From Octopus sinensis (Eukaryota), in NCBI RefSeq assembly GCF_006345805.1, contig NC_043005.1, positions 108,686,001 through 108,750,000 on the forward strand: 64,000 nt of DNA, written 5' to 3'. Under the pieces are notes generated by a model that was given only the letters and a program-made list of their open reading frames with translations, had not been told where the DNA came from and searched no databases. Positions 1 to 12,869 of the stretch are shown here, in pieces. The number at the start of each line of letters is the position of its first letter. The stretch's first letter is position 1. The translations under genes were made by a program, and so were the position numbers.

Positions 1-533
1 TGGTTCACCAGCTCTTAGTCATTCATCCAACCCATGCTAACGTGGAAAGCGGACATTAAACGATGATGATGATGAGGATGATGTAATTACATTTATCTAG
101 TCATTCTTGCTTGTGGTGATCTGTGCTACAGCAGCTGCTGTTGGTGGTGTTGGTGATGGTGATGGTGGTGGTGGTGGTGGTGGTGGTGGTGCTAAAGTTG
201 TTGTTGTTGTTTGAATTAATCTTTCACAGTTTTTCCCCTAAACTTTACATTTTACTTCCAATACCTTATTAACTCGGATTTAAATTTGTTGGTATTTAAT
301 TATGTTGCAACCATTAATATTTCATTATTAAATACAGCTTAGTGCTCCCTTAATTTGCATCATAGTAAACACATAATTTACATTAGGATATGATTAATTA
401 TCTGGTTAATTAAAGGAAGAAGTAGTTCACTTAACTGTGGTATGATAGATGAGACAAATACAAAGAGTATGAGTTCAAACAATCATAGAAAATGTTTCAT
501 ATACACACATACGTACATACATACATACATACA

Positions 534-567
<34 letters not shown>

Positions 568-580
568 CATACATACATAC

Positions 581-628
<48 letters not shown>

Positions 629-664
629 TCATCATCATCGTTTAAGCGGACGTTAACGATATGA

Positions 665-708
<44 letters not shown>

Positions 709-896
709 TATATATCTGTAAATAATATGTGACAATTATTTGGTATCCAAAATAAAATTCTGAGTTTCGGATGCCGAGGTGGAAATCTTTGCTACCGAAT
801 TTTACAGATAAATTTCCTCTATTTACATAATATTGAGGTCTCTTTCTTTCTTTTGTTATCTTACCGTTTTTACCAATATATATATATGTAAATATA

Positions 897-1117
897 ATAT
901 GTGACAATTATTCGGTAGCCATGATAAAACTCCGAGTTTCGGATGCTGAGGTGGAAATCCACGCCACCATCTCTTCAGTTATCCGTTATACAAAGGGCGG
1001 TAATTTTTCATAGCATTTTTCCGATGGCCGGATAACTGAAGAGATGGTGGTGTGGATTTCCACCTCAGCATCCGAAACTCGGAGTTTTATCATGGCTACT
1101 GAATAATTGTCACATAT
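897..1117. repeat. Long fold-back inverted repeat (89-bp arms, 43-nt loop), Penelope-like terminal sequence
   Basis: 897-985 is the reverse complement of 1029-1117 with 2 mismatches; a shorter deleted copy of the same element lies at ~714-877. Confidence 0.9.
1031..1091 (+). ncRNA. Type I hammerhead ribozyme-like motif
   Basis: Stem I GATAA(1031-35)/TTATC(1087-91); CTGAAGA 1036-42; imperfect stem II; GAAA 1074-77; palindromic stem III CTC-G-GAG; GTT triplet. Confidence 0.6.
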
Positions 1118-1195
1118 ATTTACAGATAAATTTCTCTATTTACATAATATCAAGTTTTCTTTCATTGTTTTGTTGTCTTACCATTTTTATCAATG

Positions 1196-1589
1196 TATGT
1201 GGCTGTGTGGTAAGTAGCTTGCTAACCAACCACATGGTTATCGGTTCAGTCCCACTGCATGGCATCTTGGGCAAGTGTCTTCTGCTATAGCCCCGGGCCG
1301 ACCAATGCCTTGTGAGTAGATTTGGTAGATGGAAACTGAAAGAAGCCTGTCGTATATATGTATATATATATGTGTGTGTGTTTGTGTGTCTGTGTTTGTC
1401 CCCCTAGCATTGCTTGACAACCGATGCTGGTGTGTTTACGTCCCCGTCACTTAGCGGTTCGGCAAAAGAGACCGATAGAATAAGTACTGGGCTTACAAAG
1501 AATAAGTCCTGGGGTTGATTTGCTTGACTAAAGGAGGTGCTCCAGCATGGCCACAGTCAAATGACTGAAACAAGTAAAAGAGTAAAGAG

Positions 1590-1590
<1 letters not shown>
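1196..1590 (+). mobile_element. tRNA-derived SINE, family A (internal TA/TG microsatellite)
   Basis: A box TGGCTGTGTGG and B box GGTTCAGTCCC; 3' tail GAAACAAGTAAAAGAGT; many near-identical copies in the window. Confidence 0.85.
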
Positions 1591-1636
<46 letters not shown>

Positions 1637-1926
1637 ATATATATATGTATGTATATATGTACGTATATACATACATACATACATATATAGGGTGGCCCAA
1701 AAGTAGGTTTACAGTTATTTCTCTATCTCTTTTGCATTCATATATCAACAGTTTAGATTCTAATTATAAAAACAATATGAAACCATTTTTCTGTGCTAAT
1801 TTAGTTAATTGTAAGATAAAAATTTAAATGTAATAAAATGTTTTAAAGGAAAATTAAAGTGCTTATGTGATAACTGTAAACCTAGTTTTGGCCACTCTGT
1901 ATGTAGGTATGTATATATATATATAT

Positions 1927-1969
<43 letters not shown>

Positions 1970-1977
<8 letters not shown>

Positions 1978-2152
1978 GTAAGTAGCTTGTTTACCAACCA
2001 CATGGTTCCGGGTTCAGTCCCACTGCATGGCACCTTGGGCAAGTGTCTTCTACTATAGTCTCGGTCCGACCAATGCTTTTTGAGTGGATTTGGTAGATGG
2101 AAACTGAAAGAAACCCGTCGTATATATGTATATATATATATATATATTAATA

Positions 2153-2187
<35 letters not shown>

Positions 2188-2410
2188 GTGCGTGTGTGTG
2201 TTTGTGTGTCTGTGTTTGTTCCCCACAACATCGCTTGACAACCGATGCTGGTGTGTTTATGTCCCCGTTACTTAGCGGTTTGGCAAAAGAGACTGATAGA
2301 ATAAGTACTAGGCTTACAAATGAATAAGTCTCGGGGTCGAGTTGCTCGATTAAAGGCGGTGCTCCAGCATGGCCGCAGTCAAATAATTGAAACATGTAAA
2401 AAGAGTAAAA
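1970..2410 (+). mobile_element. SINE family A copy
   Basis: Same head, core and tail as 1196-1590. Confidence 0.85.
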
Positions 2411-2774
2411 AGAGAGAGTATATATGTGTGTGTGTGTGCTTGTGTGTGTATATATATGCATGTATCATCATCATCGTCATCATTTAACGTCTGCTTTCCA
2501 TCCGGCACAATACTCTACCCTTTTATCTTGCACAATATCATCTTCCTCAATGCTACTCACTCCCTCCTCATTTGAGGGACTTTATCTGGCAAGTTATATG
2601 GTGACCTCACCCCTGTTAGTGCCATATAAAAAAGCATCCAGTGCACTCTGTGAAGTTATTGGTGCTAGGAAGGGCATCCAGTTGTAGAAACCATGTCAAA
2701 TCAGAGAGCTTAGCTTTGCACAGGCTTTTCACTTGCAATCTCATATCGAACCATCCAACCTATGCCAGCATAAA

Positions 2775-3160
2775 AAACACAGAGCTCTTTTACTTGTTTT
2801 AGTCATGGGACTGTGGCCATGCTGGAGTACCACCTTTAGTTGAGCAAATCGACCCCAGGACTTATTCTTTGGAAGCCTAGTACTTATTCTATCAGTCTCT
2901 TTTGCCGAACTGCTAAGTTATGGGGACATAAACACACCAGTATCGGCTGTCAATCAATGTTGGGGGGACAAACACACACACAAACACACATACACATATA
3001 TATGCATATATTCGACAGGCTTCTTTCAGTTTTCATCTACCAAATCCACTCATAAGGCTTTGGTTGGCCCGAGGCTATAGTAGAAGATGCCACGCAGTGG
3101 GACTGAACCAAGAACCATGTGGTTGGTAAGCAAGCTACTTACCACACAGCCACTCCTGCA
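2775..3160 (-). mobile_element. SINE family A copy
   Basis: Reverse complement of family A. Confidence 0.85.
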
Positions 3161-3989
3161 CCTGTGTTAAATTATAATGACAGTGCCAACGGCAATGATA
3201 TCTGAGTATTGTATATTTTATTTATACCATTGAATAACATTTAGATTATCATCAAGTCTCATATTGTCAAATGCAATCAATTTATGAATGAAGCATTTGA
3301 AAATTGGGAATTTTAAAGCGTGAAAACTAAAGTAATGAAGACTATCCACAAATTCATAAAGTATTCATCCCCAATGCAGCATTGAGTACACTTTCATGCT
3401 GTTCATAACTATCATATGCAATTATATATATGTGTATATATGTGTGTGAGTGTGCAAATCTGTATGTACACGTGCGTATGCAAGTATATATGTCTATGGG
3501 TTATTTTGATCAAATAAGTAATACAGAACACCACACTACTAACCACATAATAATATATAATTTCAGTCATCTTCATCGTCAATTCAATTTTAGCAATGGT
3601 CAATATAATATGAAATAGTAATATTGCTGTTGCCACTGGGACATCATAATAGAACACCACATCATTCTCTCATAACACATTTCAGGATTCCATGTGAATA
3701 TCAGAAACCAATCATGCATAAATTAACCTAAAATTATTTAATTACATTGCATTTGGTCTAAATAAGTTGTTTTTTTTTTATCCAATACATAATTAATTAA
3801 TTCTTTGTCTAACATTGTATAATTACATAATTATTTTAATTTTTATATGTCTTTTTACATAATTATATTAATGTTATATTTCGCAATAACAATAATTCTT
3901 TTTTTTTTACATGATTCGGGCCTTGGTGGGGACTGACTTGTAGGGTTTTGTCAGTCAGATCAGCCTCGGAATTATACGAGGTCTGATGC

Positions 3990-4053
3990 TCATTCTGTTG
4001 GCCCCTTTTCGTAGAAATGGTTTGTTACAGGATTGTAAAGAAACCAACACAAA
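3990..4053 (-). CDS. Candidate terminal coding exon (LCWFLYNPVTNHFYEKGPTE*), unknown product
   Basis: Pyrimidine-rich acceptor ttgtatttatttcatcctatttgtcag on the minus strand; frame chosen to match the phase of the 27712-27783 exon; no homology evidence. Confidence 0.25.
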
Positions 4054-4149
4054 CTGACAAATAGGATGAAATAAATACAAACATATACACACACATGCAC
4101 ATCCACGTATACACACACATAGTCATACATGCAATGCACACATGTAGAT

Positions 4150-4580
4150 AGATACTCTCTTACCCTTTTACTCTTTCACTTGTTTCAGTCATGTGACTGT
4201 GGCCATGCTGGAGCACCGCCTTTAGTCGAGCATATCAACCCCTGGACTTATTCTTTGTAAGCCTAGTACTTATTCTATCAGTCTCTTTTGCTGAACCGCT
4301 AAGTTACGGGGACGTAAGCACACCAGCATCGGTTGTCAAGTGATGCTGGGGGGGACAAACACAGACACATAAACTCATACACACACATACGTATATATAT
4401 TTATACACACATATATACAACAGACTTCTTTCAGTTTCCGTCTATCAAATCCACTCACAAGGCTTTGGTTGGCCCAAGGCTATACTAGAAGACACTTGCC
4501 CAAGGTACACCGCAGTGGGACTGAACCCAAAACTATGTGGTTCGCAAGCAAGCTACTTACCACACAGCCACTCCTGTGCC
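4150..4580 (-). mobile_element. SINE family A copy
   Basis: Reverse complement of family A. Confidence 0.85.
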
Positions 4581-4968
4581 TGTATATAATGTATATAAAT
4601 CTTTGTTGATTCACCAGAAGCAATAAATTACAGGACTCAATACAGATGCAAAATACTCTTTAATGCATTATAACTGGAAGGTTCTGATTTGCAGTATACT
4701 CTGAATTACTTGTTTCTGATCATCAGCTGGTAAACAGATCCTGCTTTTCTTTTGAAATATTCACTGTTTGAATATTTAAAAACAAATATATTTCGATAAA
4801 GTTTAAATGGTAGAAAGTGCATCCAGTCAAAGAAATCATGCCAAAGCATACAGTAGAAACTGGCACAATCTTCTGACTTGTCAGGTACTGTGAAATCTTC
4901 CAACCCATGCCAGCAAGGAAGACGGGTGTTAAATTAGGATGAGGATGATGTATGCATGCATAAATATT

Positions 4969-5007
<39 letters not shown>

Positions 5008-5330
5008 ATATATGTGTATATATATGTGTGTGTGTATATATATATCTCAATATTATAATAATAATAATAATAATAATATTAGGGAATATGATTCCAAATT
5101 AACAGGAAAAAATTCAATTTAGTAATACTAAATCAAATTTCACAATATATAATACATGTATATAAAACATGTATATGAAATGTATATAAATTAGAGAAGA
5201 ACCACCATGTCGCAATTCAACAATGATATACTTAAATCATACCATATAGAAAAAATTTAAGATACGATAAAACATTTACCCCAGAACTAAATAAAGTACG
5301 AAATAATAAATAAATAGTATACACACACAC

Positions 5331-5364
<34 letters not shown>

Positions 5365-5365
<1 letters not shown>

Positions 5366-5534
5366 CAACGAATTGCCTTACCACACACCGAATTTAGAAA
5401 TAGCAGTCAAAGAGATTATAGCTATTTCTTCTACTGCTGTGCCTTTACTGTGATCTCCCTTTTAGTAGAAGAAATAGCTATAATCTCTTTGACTGCTATT
5501 TCTAAATTCGGTGTGTGGTAAGGCAATTCGTTGC
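5365..5534. repeat. Perfect 71-bp inverted repeat with 28-nt spacer
   Basis: 5365-5435 is the exact reverse complement of 5464-5534; embedded between (TA)n tracts. Confidence 0.95.
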
Positions 5535-5740
5535 TAAACCCTTAATTGCTTAGTATTACTTAAATTTTCCTCGAATGAGGCTTTTACATGCCGAAGACTA
5601 CTTGGTGTAATTGATAATTGTTCCAAATTAATTAATTTCACCCTTCATTGTTACTTATATATATATATATATATATATATATGGCCCACTGAAATCTACA
5701 AGTTTTTTTTCATTCTCTCTCTGTATATTTTCTCTTATTC

Positions 5741-5776
5741 CTTTCTGATGAAGAGTGTAGGCTTGAAATGTAAAAG
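5741..5776 (+). ncRNA. Degenerate minimal hammerhead motif (Penelope-like terminal repeat)
   Basis: CTTT-CTGATGA-A-GAGT gtag GCTT-GAAA-TG-TA-AAAG; changes are consistent with CpG decay. Confidence 0.5.
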
Positions 5777-6079
5777 ACTTTTTCATTTTTCCCCAGCTTC
5801 AAACTTATATGCTTGCTTGTTGTTTTGTTGTTCACACACCTGTCTTAATCTTGTGTTTTTCTATATATTTCAACTATTATATGTATATATATGTATATAT
5901 ATATATATATGTGTGTGGTGTGTGTATGTACATATCTATCTCTATCTCTCTTTCTCTCTCTCTCTCTATATATATAGCCATACATAAATCAAATTTACTT
6001 GCGAGGCAGTAGACAACCAACATCTATAATAAAAGGCGCCTCCCTAAGGAGTTCCACAGAGAAACTACACCCAAAATCA

Positions 6080-6420
6080 CTTGGCAGCCAACCAAGCTTC
6101 CCGACCACATGACCAAAACAATATTTTATAAATACATAGACATCTGGAAAATCCTGGAAGGAACTGTACCAAGCTTTGGCATTGAACGATGCAGGAACAC
6201 CAGAAGAGGGTGCCATTGCACAGTGTCAAAGACCCCAACATGGCTATCAAGATTAAGTACCAGATACTACAATTTGGATTTCAAGGCCTTCAATATTCTC
6301 CTCCCGAAAAGGCTGAGAAACCTTAAGAAACCTACATGGAGTGGGTATGAACCTACCTCATAGCAGGAAATGCATGTGAGGGGAGCAATATTAAATTCCC
6401 TCATTCACCAAATACCACAT
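6080..6420 (+). mobile_element. CR1-like LINE 3' fragment (degenerate)
   Basis: Translation ...YIDIWKILEGTVPSFGIE... resembles the RT C-terminal region and matches the copy at 24890-25320. Confidence 0.6.
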
Positions 6421-6507
6421 GTAAAAGAAGAGGGCTTCAAGTTATTAAAGTGTAGCAAAACTAACAGCAGAGCCTCAGCATGGCTGCAGTTCTCCAGAAA
6501 AGAGCAA

Positions 6508-6548
<41 letters not shown>

Positions 6549-7959
6549 AATAATAATTATATGAGGGAATATTATTTCAAACTTACAGTGAAAAATTCAA
6601 TTTAGAAATACTAAATCAAATTTCACAAAATAAAACATATAGATATATATATAAATTATCAATTCAATAATGAAAAATTAAATTATACCATTTAGAAATA
6701 TTACCTATTATAGAAAGATTAAATATAAGGTAAAATATATAACAATGATTAAGTAGTGTGCAAAATAATAAATAAAACGTATATATTTGGTAGAATAACG
6801 ACACGTGTTTCGTGGCTATATTTAAGAAATGATAATATATATACATATATATATATAGATCAAAACAGTTTGTGTGTGTTGAAGAATTGTTATTTTGAAT
6901 ATGATAGCATAGCAATTAACCGATGCATAGAACTCCTTATAAATCCTTGCACATTCAAATCCCAATCAAGTAGAAAACTGAATTTGTCTTCTAACTTTCT
7001 TTTGGTATTGTATACATTAAGAACTGCTATTATGTAACAGTTCTTATTTAGTACCATTAACCAACAGAGGATGGTAAAGAGCAACAGATTGGATTACTAT
7101 TCTATTCTGAAGACTTGGCATTTCAAGGTGATTATGCAATTGTCTACAAAATGATTACTCCTTAACATACAAGTACTCGCAAATGAAATGTGTAAAGATT
7201 ACGTAATTTTTGATATTATAATAAAAAGACAAAACTCAGTTTTCTGTCAAATATTTATATATATATATATCATCATCATCATCATCACACACACACAAGC
7301 ACACATATTTATTTCTGTGTGTGTGTATACATACATCCATACACACATACATACATATATACACATATATATATATGCATATATACATACATACATATAT
7401 CTATATATATTATATGTCTGTATGTGTGTGTTTGTGTTAGCAAGTTTGATAGGTGAACCAAAATATCTTGTCACATTTAGTTCAGTTCATGTTTTGTCCC
7501 TTTATGCCTAGGTGAACATTGCTTTTCATCTGTTATAAGGAGGCAAACTAAAATAACTCCCAAAGTACTGGCCTAGATATAATTGGTTGCAATTTGTCTC
7601 TGAGACCAGTGACATACCATAAAAAGATGTAAACATATATTCACTGGTCATCCATGAGTTAAGAGACAATATAATTTAATTGCCAAACTTATCGGTGGTC
7701 AAGTAATTTGTTGTAGCTGTTTGTTGTAATTAATTGATGTCACCGGTCTATACTGCTAGTTGTTTTTCGAAGCGATAAGAAAGGCCTCTGCTGATGGAAT
7801 TGCTAGAAATAACTGCTATATCTCAAATCATGTCTAATGATATTAAAAAGAGAAACGTCACATTGGATGGTGTAATTGTAAGTGCAATGTAGATACGAAA
7901 ATGAAGGTATGGTTATAACTGGAATGCTTTTCATAATATATCCTTTTCTACTCTAAGCA

Positions 7960-8510
7960 TAAGGCCCAAAGATTTTTAGAGAGGTGGCCAGTTGATTAGA
8001 TCGACCCAGTACGCATCTAGTACTTAATTTATCGACTCTGAAAGGATGAAAGACAAAGTCAACCTCAGCGGATTTTGAACTCAAAACATAAAGACAGACG
8101 AAATACCTATTTCTTTACTACCCAAAAGGGGTTAAACACAGAGAGGACAAACAAGAACAGACAAAGGAATTAAGTCGATTATATCGACCCCAGTGCGTAA
8201 CTGGTACTTATTTAATCGACCCCAAAAGGATGAAAGGCAAAGTCGACCTCGGCGGAATTTGAACTCAGAACATAGCAGCAGACAAAATACCTATTTCTTT
8301 ACTACCCACAAGGGCTAAACACAGAGGGAACAAACAAGGATAGACAAAGGGATTAAGTTGATTACATCAACCCTAGTGCATAACCGGTACTTAATTTATC
8401 AACCCCTAAAGGATGAAAGGCAAAGTTGACCTCAGCAGAATTTGAACTCAGACTGTAACGGCTACGCATTTCGCCCGGTGTGCTAACATTTCTGCCAGCT
8501 TGCTGCCTTT
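7960..8510 (-). mobile_element. SINE family B trimer
   Basis: Three head-to-tail units with core GAGGTCGACTTTGCCTTTCATCCTTT..GGTCGATAAA; junction AAATACCTATTTCTTTACTACCC repeated at ~8101 and ~8285. Confidence 0.85.
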
Positions 8511-9299
8511 TGATAATATATCCACTCAAATAGGGAATATTTAGAATGAGATGCAAAGTTAATTGATGTACCTGATTGTTGTAGAGTGACAGAGGGGGTG
8601 ACTCACATAACTGAGAGGTACTTAATGTTGAGTGAATCTTCATTTCCTTTCATCTATCTGACCACTGGATAGCATGAATTAAATAATTATCATTTCAAGG
8701 TTCTTGAGTTATTACTGCTGAGTATGTACAGGCACACATTGAAGCCATTGAGTAATACACTTGGAGTAATACTGGAACAGCTATGAATAGTCATGGCCCC
8801 TGATCATGTGAGACATCCTATATGTTGTTTCTCGTTTTGCCTGACATTTAGTCCTAGATCTGAAATGCTATCAAGGATTTACTGGATTTTTCCAAGTGGT
8901 CAATGCTGTTTGTAAAGCATCAAAACTTTGTGTATTAGGGACTGCAATATCCAATGAATTTTATATTCTTTTAGATATTAGGGACCAGTGTTACAAGAGC
9001 GTTGTCATAAGAAGTGATGCAAAATGTCTCTAAAGGAGCAGATGATTACAGAAGAGAGACCAAAATAAAAGTATAAAAATTTGGTATTAAATTAATTATG
9101 TGCATATGTATGCATGTGTGTGTTTTGTGTATGTGTGTGTGTGTGTAAAATATACATAGACACAAACACACTCTATAAAGTGGTTGACACTAGGAAGGGT
9201 ATCCAGCTGTAGAAACCACGCAAAAACAGACATTGAAGCTCAAAACAGTCTTTGGAGATATGCTGTGCTTGAGAAGACCCAGCGAGCCAAGTGAGACAG

Positions 9300-9755
9300 T
9301 AACCATGGCCTATGCAAGTGCAGCATGACCATCCCGTTTAAGAGTACCCTTCAATCATTGGGTAATAAACTATGCTGGCAAAGACCTGTTGAGCCAAGTG
9401 AAGTCGTCATAGTGGCTGATGACATTACCACCTGACTGGTCCTGTGTCGGTGGCACATAGAAAGCACCATTCGAGCATGATCATTGCCAGTGCCACCTGA
9501 CTGGCTCCCATGCCGGTGGCACATAAAAGGCACCATTCAAGCATGGCTGATGACAGTATTGTCTGACTGGCCCTCGTGTTGGTGGCACATAAAAAGCACC
9601 CACTACACTGGTTGGTGTTAGGAAGGGCATCCAGCCATAGAAACATTGCCAGATCAGATTGGAGCCTGGTGTAGGCTTCTGGTTTGCCAGCCCTCAGTCA
9701 AACCATTGAACCCATGCCAGCATGGAAAGCAGACGTTAAATGATGATGATGATAA
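9300..9755 (+). mobile_element. RTE-LINE 3'-tail-related short element with (GAT)n tail
   Basis: GGTGTTAGGAAGGGCATCCAGC...ACGTTAAATGATGATG, shared with the 3' end of the RTE at 12870-13700. Confidence 0.75.
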
Positions 9756-9757
9756 TG

Positions 9758-9825
<68 letters not shown>

Positions 9826-10101
9826 CTAAAAGAATAAAAATGATTTAAAGTTAGGGTTTATTTTACAAAATTCTCAATGAGAAATCATGTTAGGAAGTAA
9901 GCAATATTATAATTTAGGAGAGTCATTTTGTCAACAATAAGACATGCACTGAATGTGGTTCACTTCATTATTGTTAATTAAATTAATGAATAATTAATTA
10001 ATAATAAAGAAGTGTAACAAGTGCACGTATTTTCATTAGCACAACACTCAAAAAGTACAATTGAATTTTATTTCTCTTCAAAGTTTCCATAGCATTAATA
10101 C

Positions 10102-10134
<33 letters not shown>

Positions 10135-10213
10135 ATGCATCATATGTAAATAATACATAGTTTTATTTCATTATTTATTTATTGGTACATTGCTGCTGGG
10201 AATTATGGAGCTG

Positions 10214-10274
10214 TTACAGGTGGTGGTAGTGTTGGGTTTTGCCCATTTTGATTTTCAATTCAGAAATCCGGTAC
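10214..10274 (-). CDS. Candidate alternative terminal exon (YRISELKIKMGKTQHYHHL*)
   Basis: Acceptor aatctctcactgacag; AATAAA motifs about 30-50 nt after the stop; no homology evidence. Confidence 0.15.
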
Positions 10275-10498
10275 CTGTCAGTGAGAGATTTAGAATTTCA
10301 ATTGTTTATTGCCATAAATTTTTCATTTTATATTTACAAAATCAAAAACAAAAATGTTTTCAGTATCAATGCTCAGTACATGGCAGTGTTTTGTGTGTGA
10401 ATATATAGGTGTATATATGTAAATGTATATATATATACATATGTATATGTTTATATATGTATGTACATATATATATATTTACATATCTATATATTATC

Positions 10499-10548
<50 letters not shown>

Positions 10549-10559
10549 TATATATATAC

Positions 10560-10707
10560 TTTGCAGACCTTACCACAATGGGTTGGGGCTCTCTATCAAG
10601 GTAACATGTGCAGAGGAAGGTTAGGCTATCATGCCAGTCCAGAAACCAATCCAAGGGAGTGCAAATACTTGAATGTATCCCGAGAGAATGTCTTTATTAT
10701 ATATATG

Positions 10708-10738
<31 letters not shown>

Positions 10739-10952
10739 ATACTTTATTTAAGGGTTAAGGCTACCATTGGTTTCATGTTATGAGAGAAATCACTTAACAA
10801 TTATCAAATCTGCCACATGGAAGATAGTAAGGAATTTCTGCCTTAACATGAAGTCAAAGGTAGCCTTAAGCCATAAATAAAATTTTTTCCTCCACCAATG
10901 CAGTGGTGATCATTCATTCTCATTGTTTGATATGAACACACACACACACACA

Positions 10953-10997
<45 letters not shown>

Positions 10998-11477
10998 ATA
11001 TATATTATTTTTGGAGATGATAAGAATTTAGAAACATTTCAAAGACCACAAAATAATTCTTTTTCAGAACAGGGACTCTTGAACTGCATAAACCTATAAA
11101 TAATAGCGTGTAAATATTGTGATAAAAAAAGTCCCTTAAAATGAAAAAGTCAGAGGCTGGACAAGTTTCTTCTCTATCTATTTTAGAAAAATTAAACTGT
11201 AATAAGAATTCTTATATAGGATTGCTCATTCGAAACAGCTGTAAAGTATGTATATTGTCTAAGCAAATTTTCATAGAAATGCATTTTATATGCTTGCTGT
11301 TGATTATTAACTAAATTTGTATTTCTGTGTCTTCACAAATTGATTTGCTCTACTCAAAATTTTAACTCTAGTCCAGCTCAAAAGAATGAAGTATTTGGAA
11401 TTTAAGATTCTGATTGCTCTGAGTAGTGCAATGTTACTCCTAAAATCAGATTTTATCATACATTGCATATATATATA

Positions 11478-11524
<47 letters not shown>

Positions 11525-11609
11525 GTGTGTATTTATTCACATATATATGTATGTGCATATATATATAATATATAATCATGATATATATATGTATGTATAT
11601 ATATATATT

Positions 11610-11649
<40 letters not shown>

Positions 11650-12600
11650 TGTATATATGTATATACGTACATATATATATATTATATATATACATGTATA
11701 TATATAAATATATATATATACTTTGCAGACCTTACCACAATGGGTTGGGGCTCTCTATCAAGGTAACATGTGCAGAGGAAGGTTAGGCTATCATGCCAGT
11801 CCAGAAACCAATCCAAGGGAGTGCAAATACTTGAATGTATCCCGAGAGATTGTCTTATATATATATATATATATATATATGTATGCATATATATGTGTGT
11901 GTGTGTATACTTTATTTAAGGGTTAAGGCTACCATTGGTTTCATGTTATGAGAGAAATCACTTAACAATTATCAAATCTGCCTTAACATGAAGTCAAAGG
12001 TAGCCTTAAGCCATAAATAAAATTTTTTCCACCACCAATGCAGTGGTGATCATTCATTCTCATTGTTTGATATGAACACACACACACACACACACACTCA
12101 CACACACACACACACACACATACACATATATATTATTTTTGGAGATGATAAGAATTTAGAAACATTTCAAAGACCACAAAATAATTCTTTTTTTAGAACA
12201 GGGACTCTTGAACTGCATAAACCTATAAATAATAGCGTGTAAATATTGTGATAAAAAAAGTCCCTTAAAATGAAAAAGTCAGAGGCTGGACAAGTTTCTT
12301 CTCTATCTATTTTAGAAAAATTAAACTGTAATAAGAATTCTTATATAGGATTGCTCATTCGAAACAGCTGTAAGTATGTATATTGTCTAAGCAAATTTTC
12401 ATAGAAATGCATTTTATATGCTTGCTGTTGATTATTAACTAAATTTGTATTTCTGTGTCTTCACAACTTCATTTGCTCTACTCAAAATTTTAACTCTAGT
12501 CCAACCACTCAGAATGAAGTATTGGAATTTAAGATTCTGATTGCTCTGAGTAGTGCAATGTTCCTCCTAAAATCAGATTTTATCATACATTGCATATATA

Positions 12601-12654
<54 letters not shown>

Positions 12655-12850
12655 GTGTATTTATTCACATATATATGTATGTGCCATATATATATATATA
12701 TAATCATGTATATATATATGTATGTATATATATATATTTGTATATATATATATAATATATAATATATATATATACATATATGTATATATGTATATACGTA
12801 CATATATATATATTATATATATACATGTATTATATAAATATATATATATA
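10560..12850. repeat. Tandem duplication, period ~1161 bp
   Basis: Identical anchor CTTTGCAGACCTTACCACAATGGG at 10560 and 11721; copies differ by scattered substitutions and a 28-bp deletion; junctions lie in (TA)n. Confidence 0.95.
10759..10865. mobile_element. MITE with TTAA target duplication and ~40-bp imperfect TIRs (second copy 11927-12005)
   Basis: TTAA|GGCTACC...GGTAGCC|TTAA; TIR similarity continues through TTCATGTTA and AGAAAT. Confidence 0.65.
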
Positions 12851-12869
12851 TATGTACGTATATACATAT

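Noticed and set aside
3150-3720. SECIS element downstream of the putative last exon (minus strand)
   Set aside because: Several ATGA motifs are present, but none gave a properly registered stem with apical AA and a 3' GA by eye; this needs SECISearch.
10567-10600. Plus-strand mini-exon (ag|ACCTT...CAAG|gtaac), duplicated at ~11728
   Set aside because: Its acceptor is preceded by (TA)n rather than a pyrimidine tract, and I found no partner exons.
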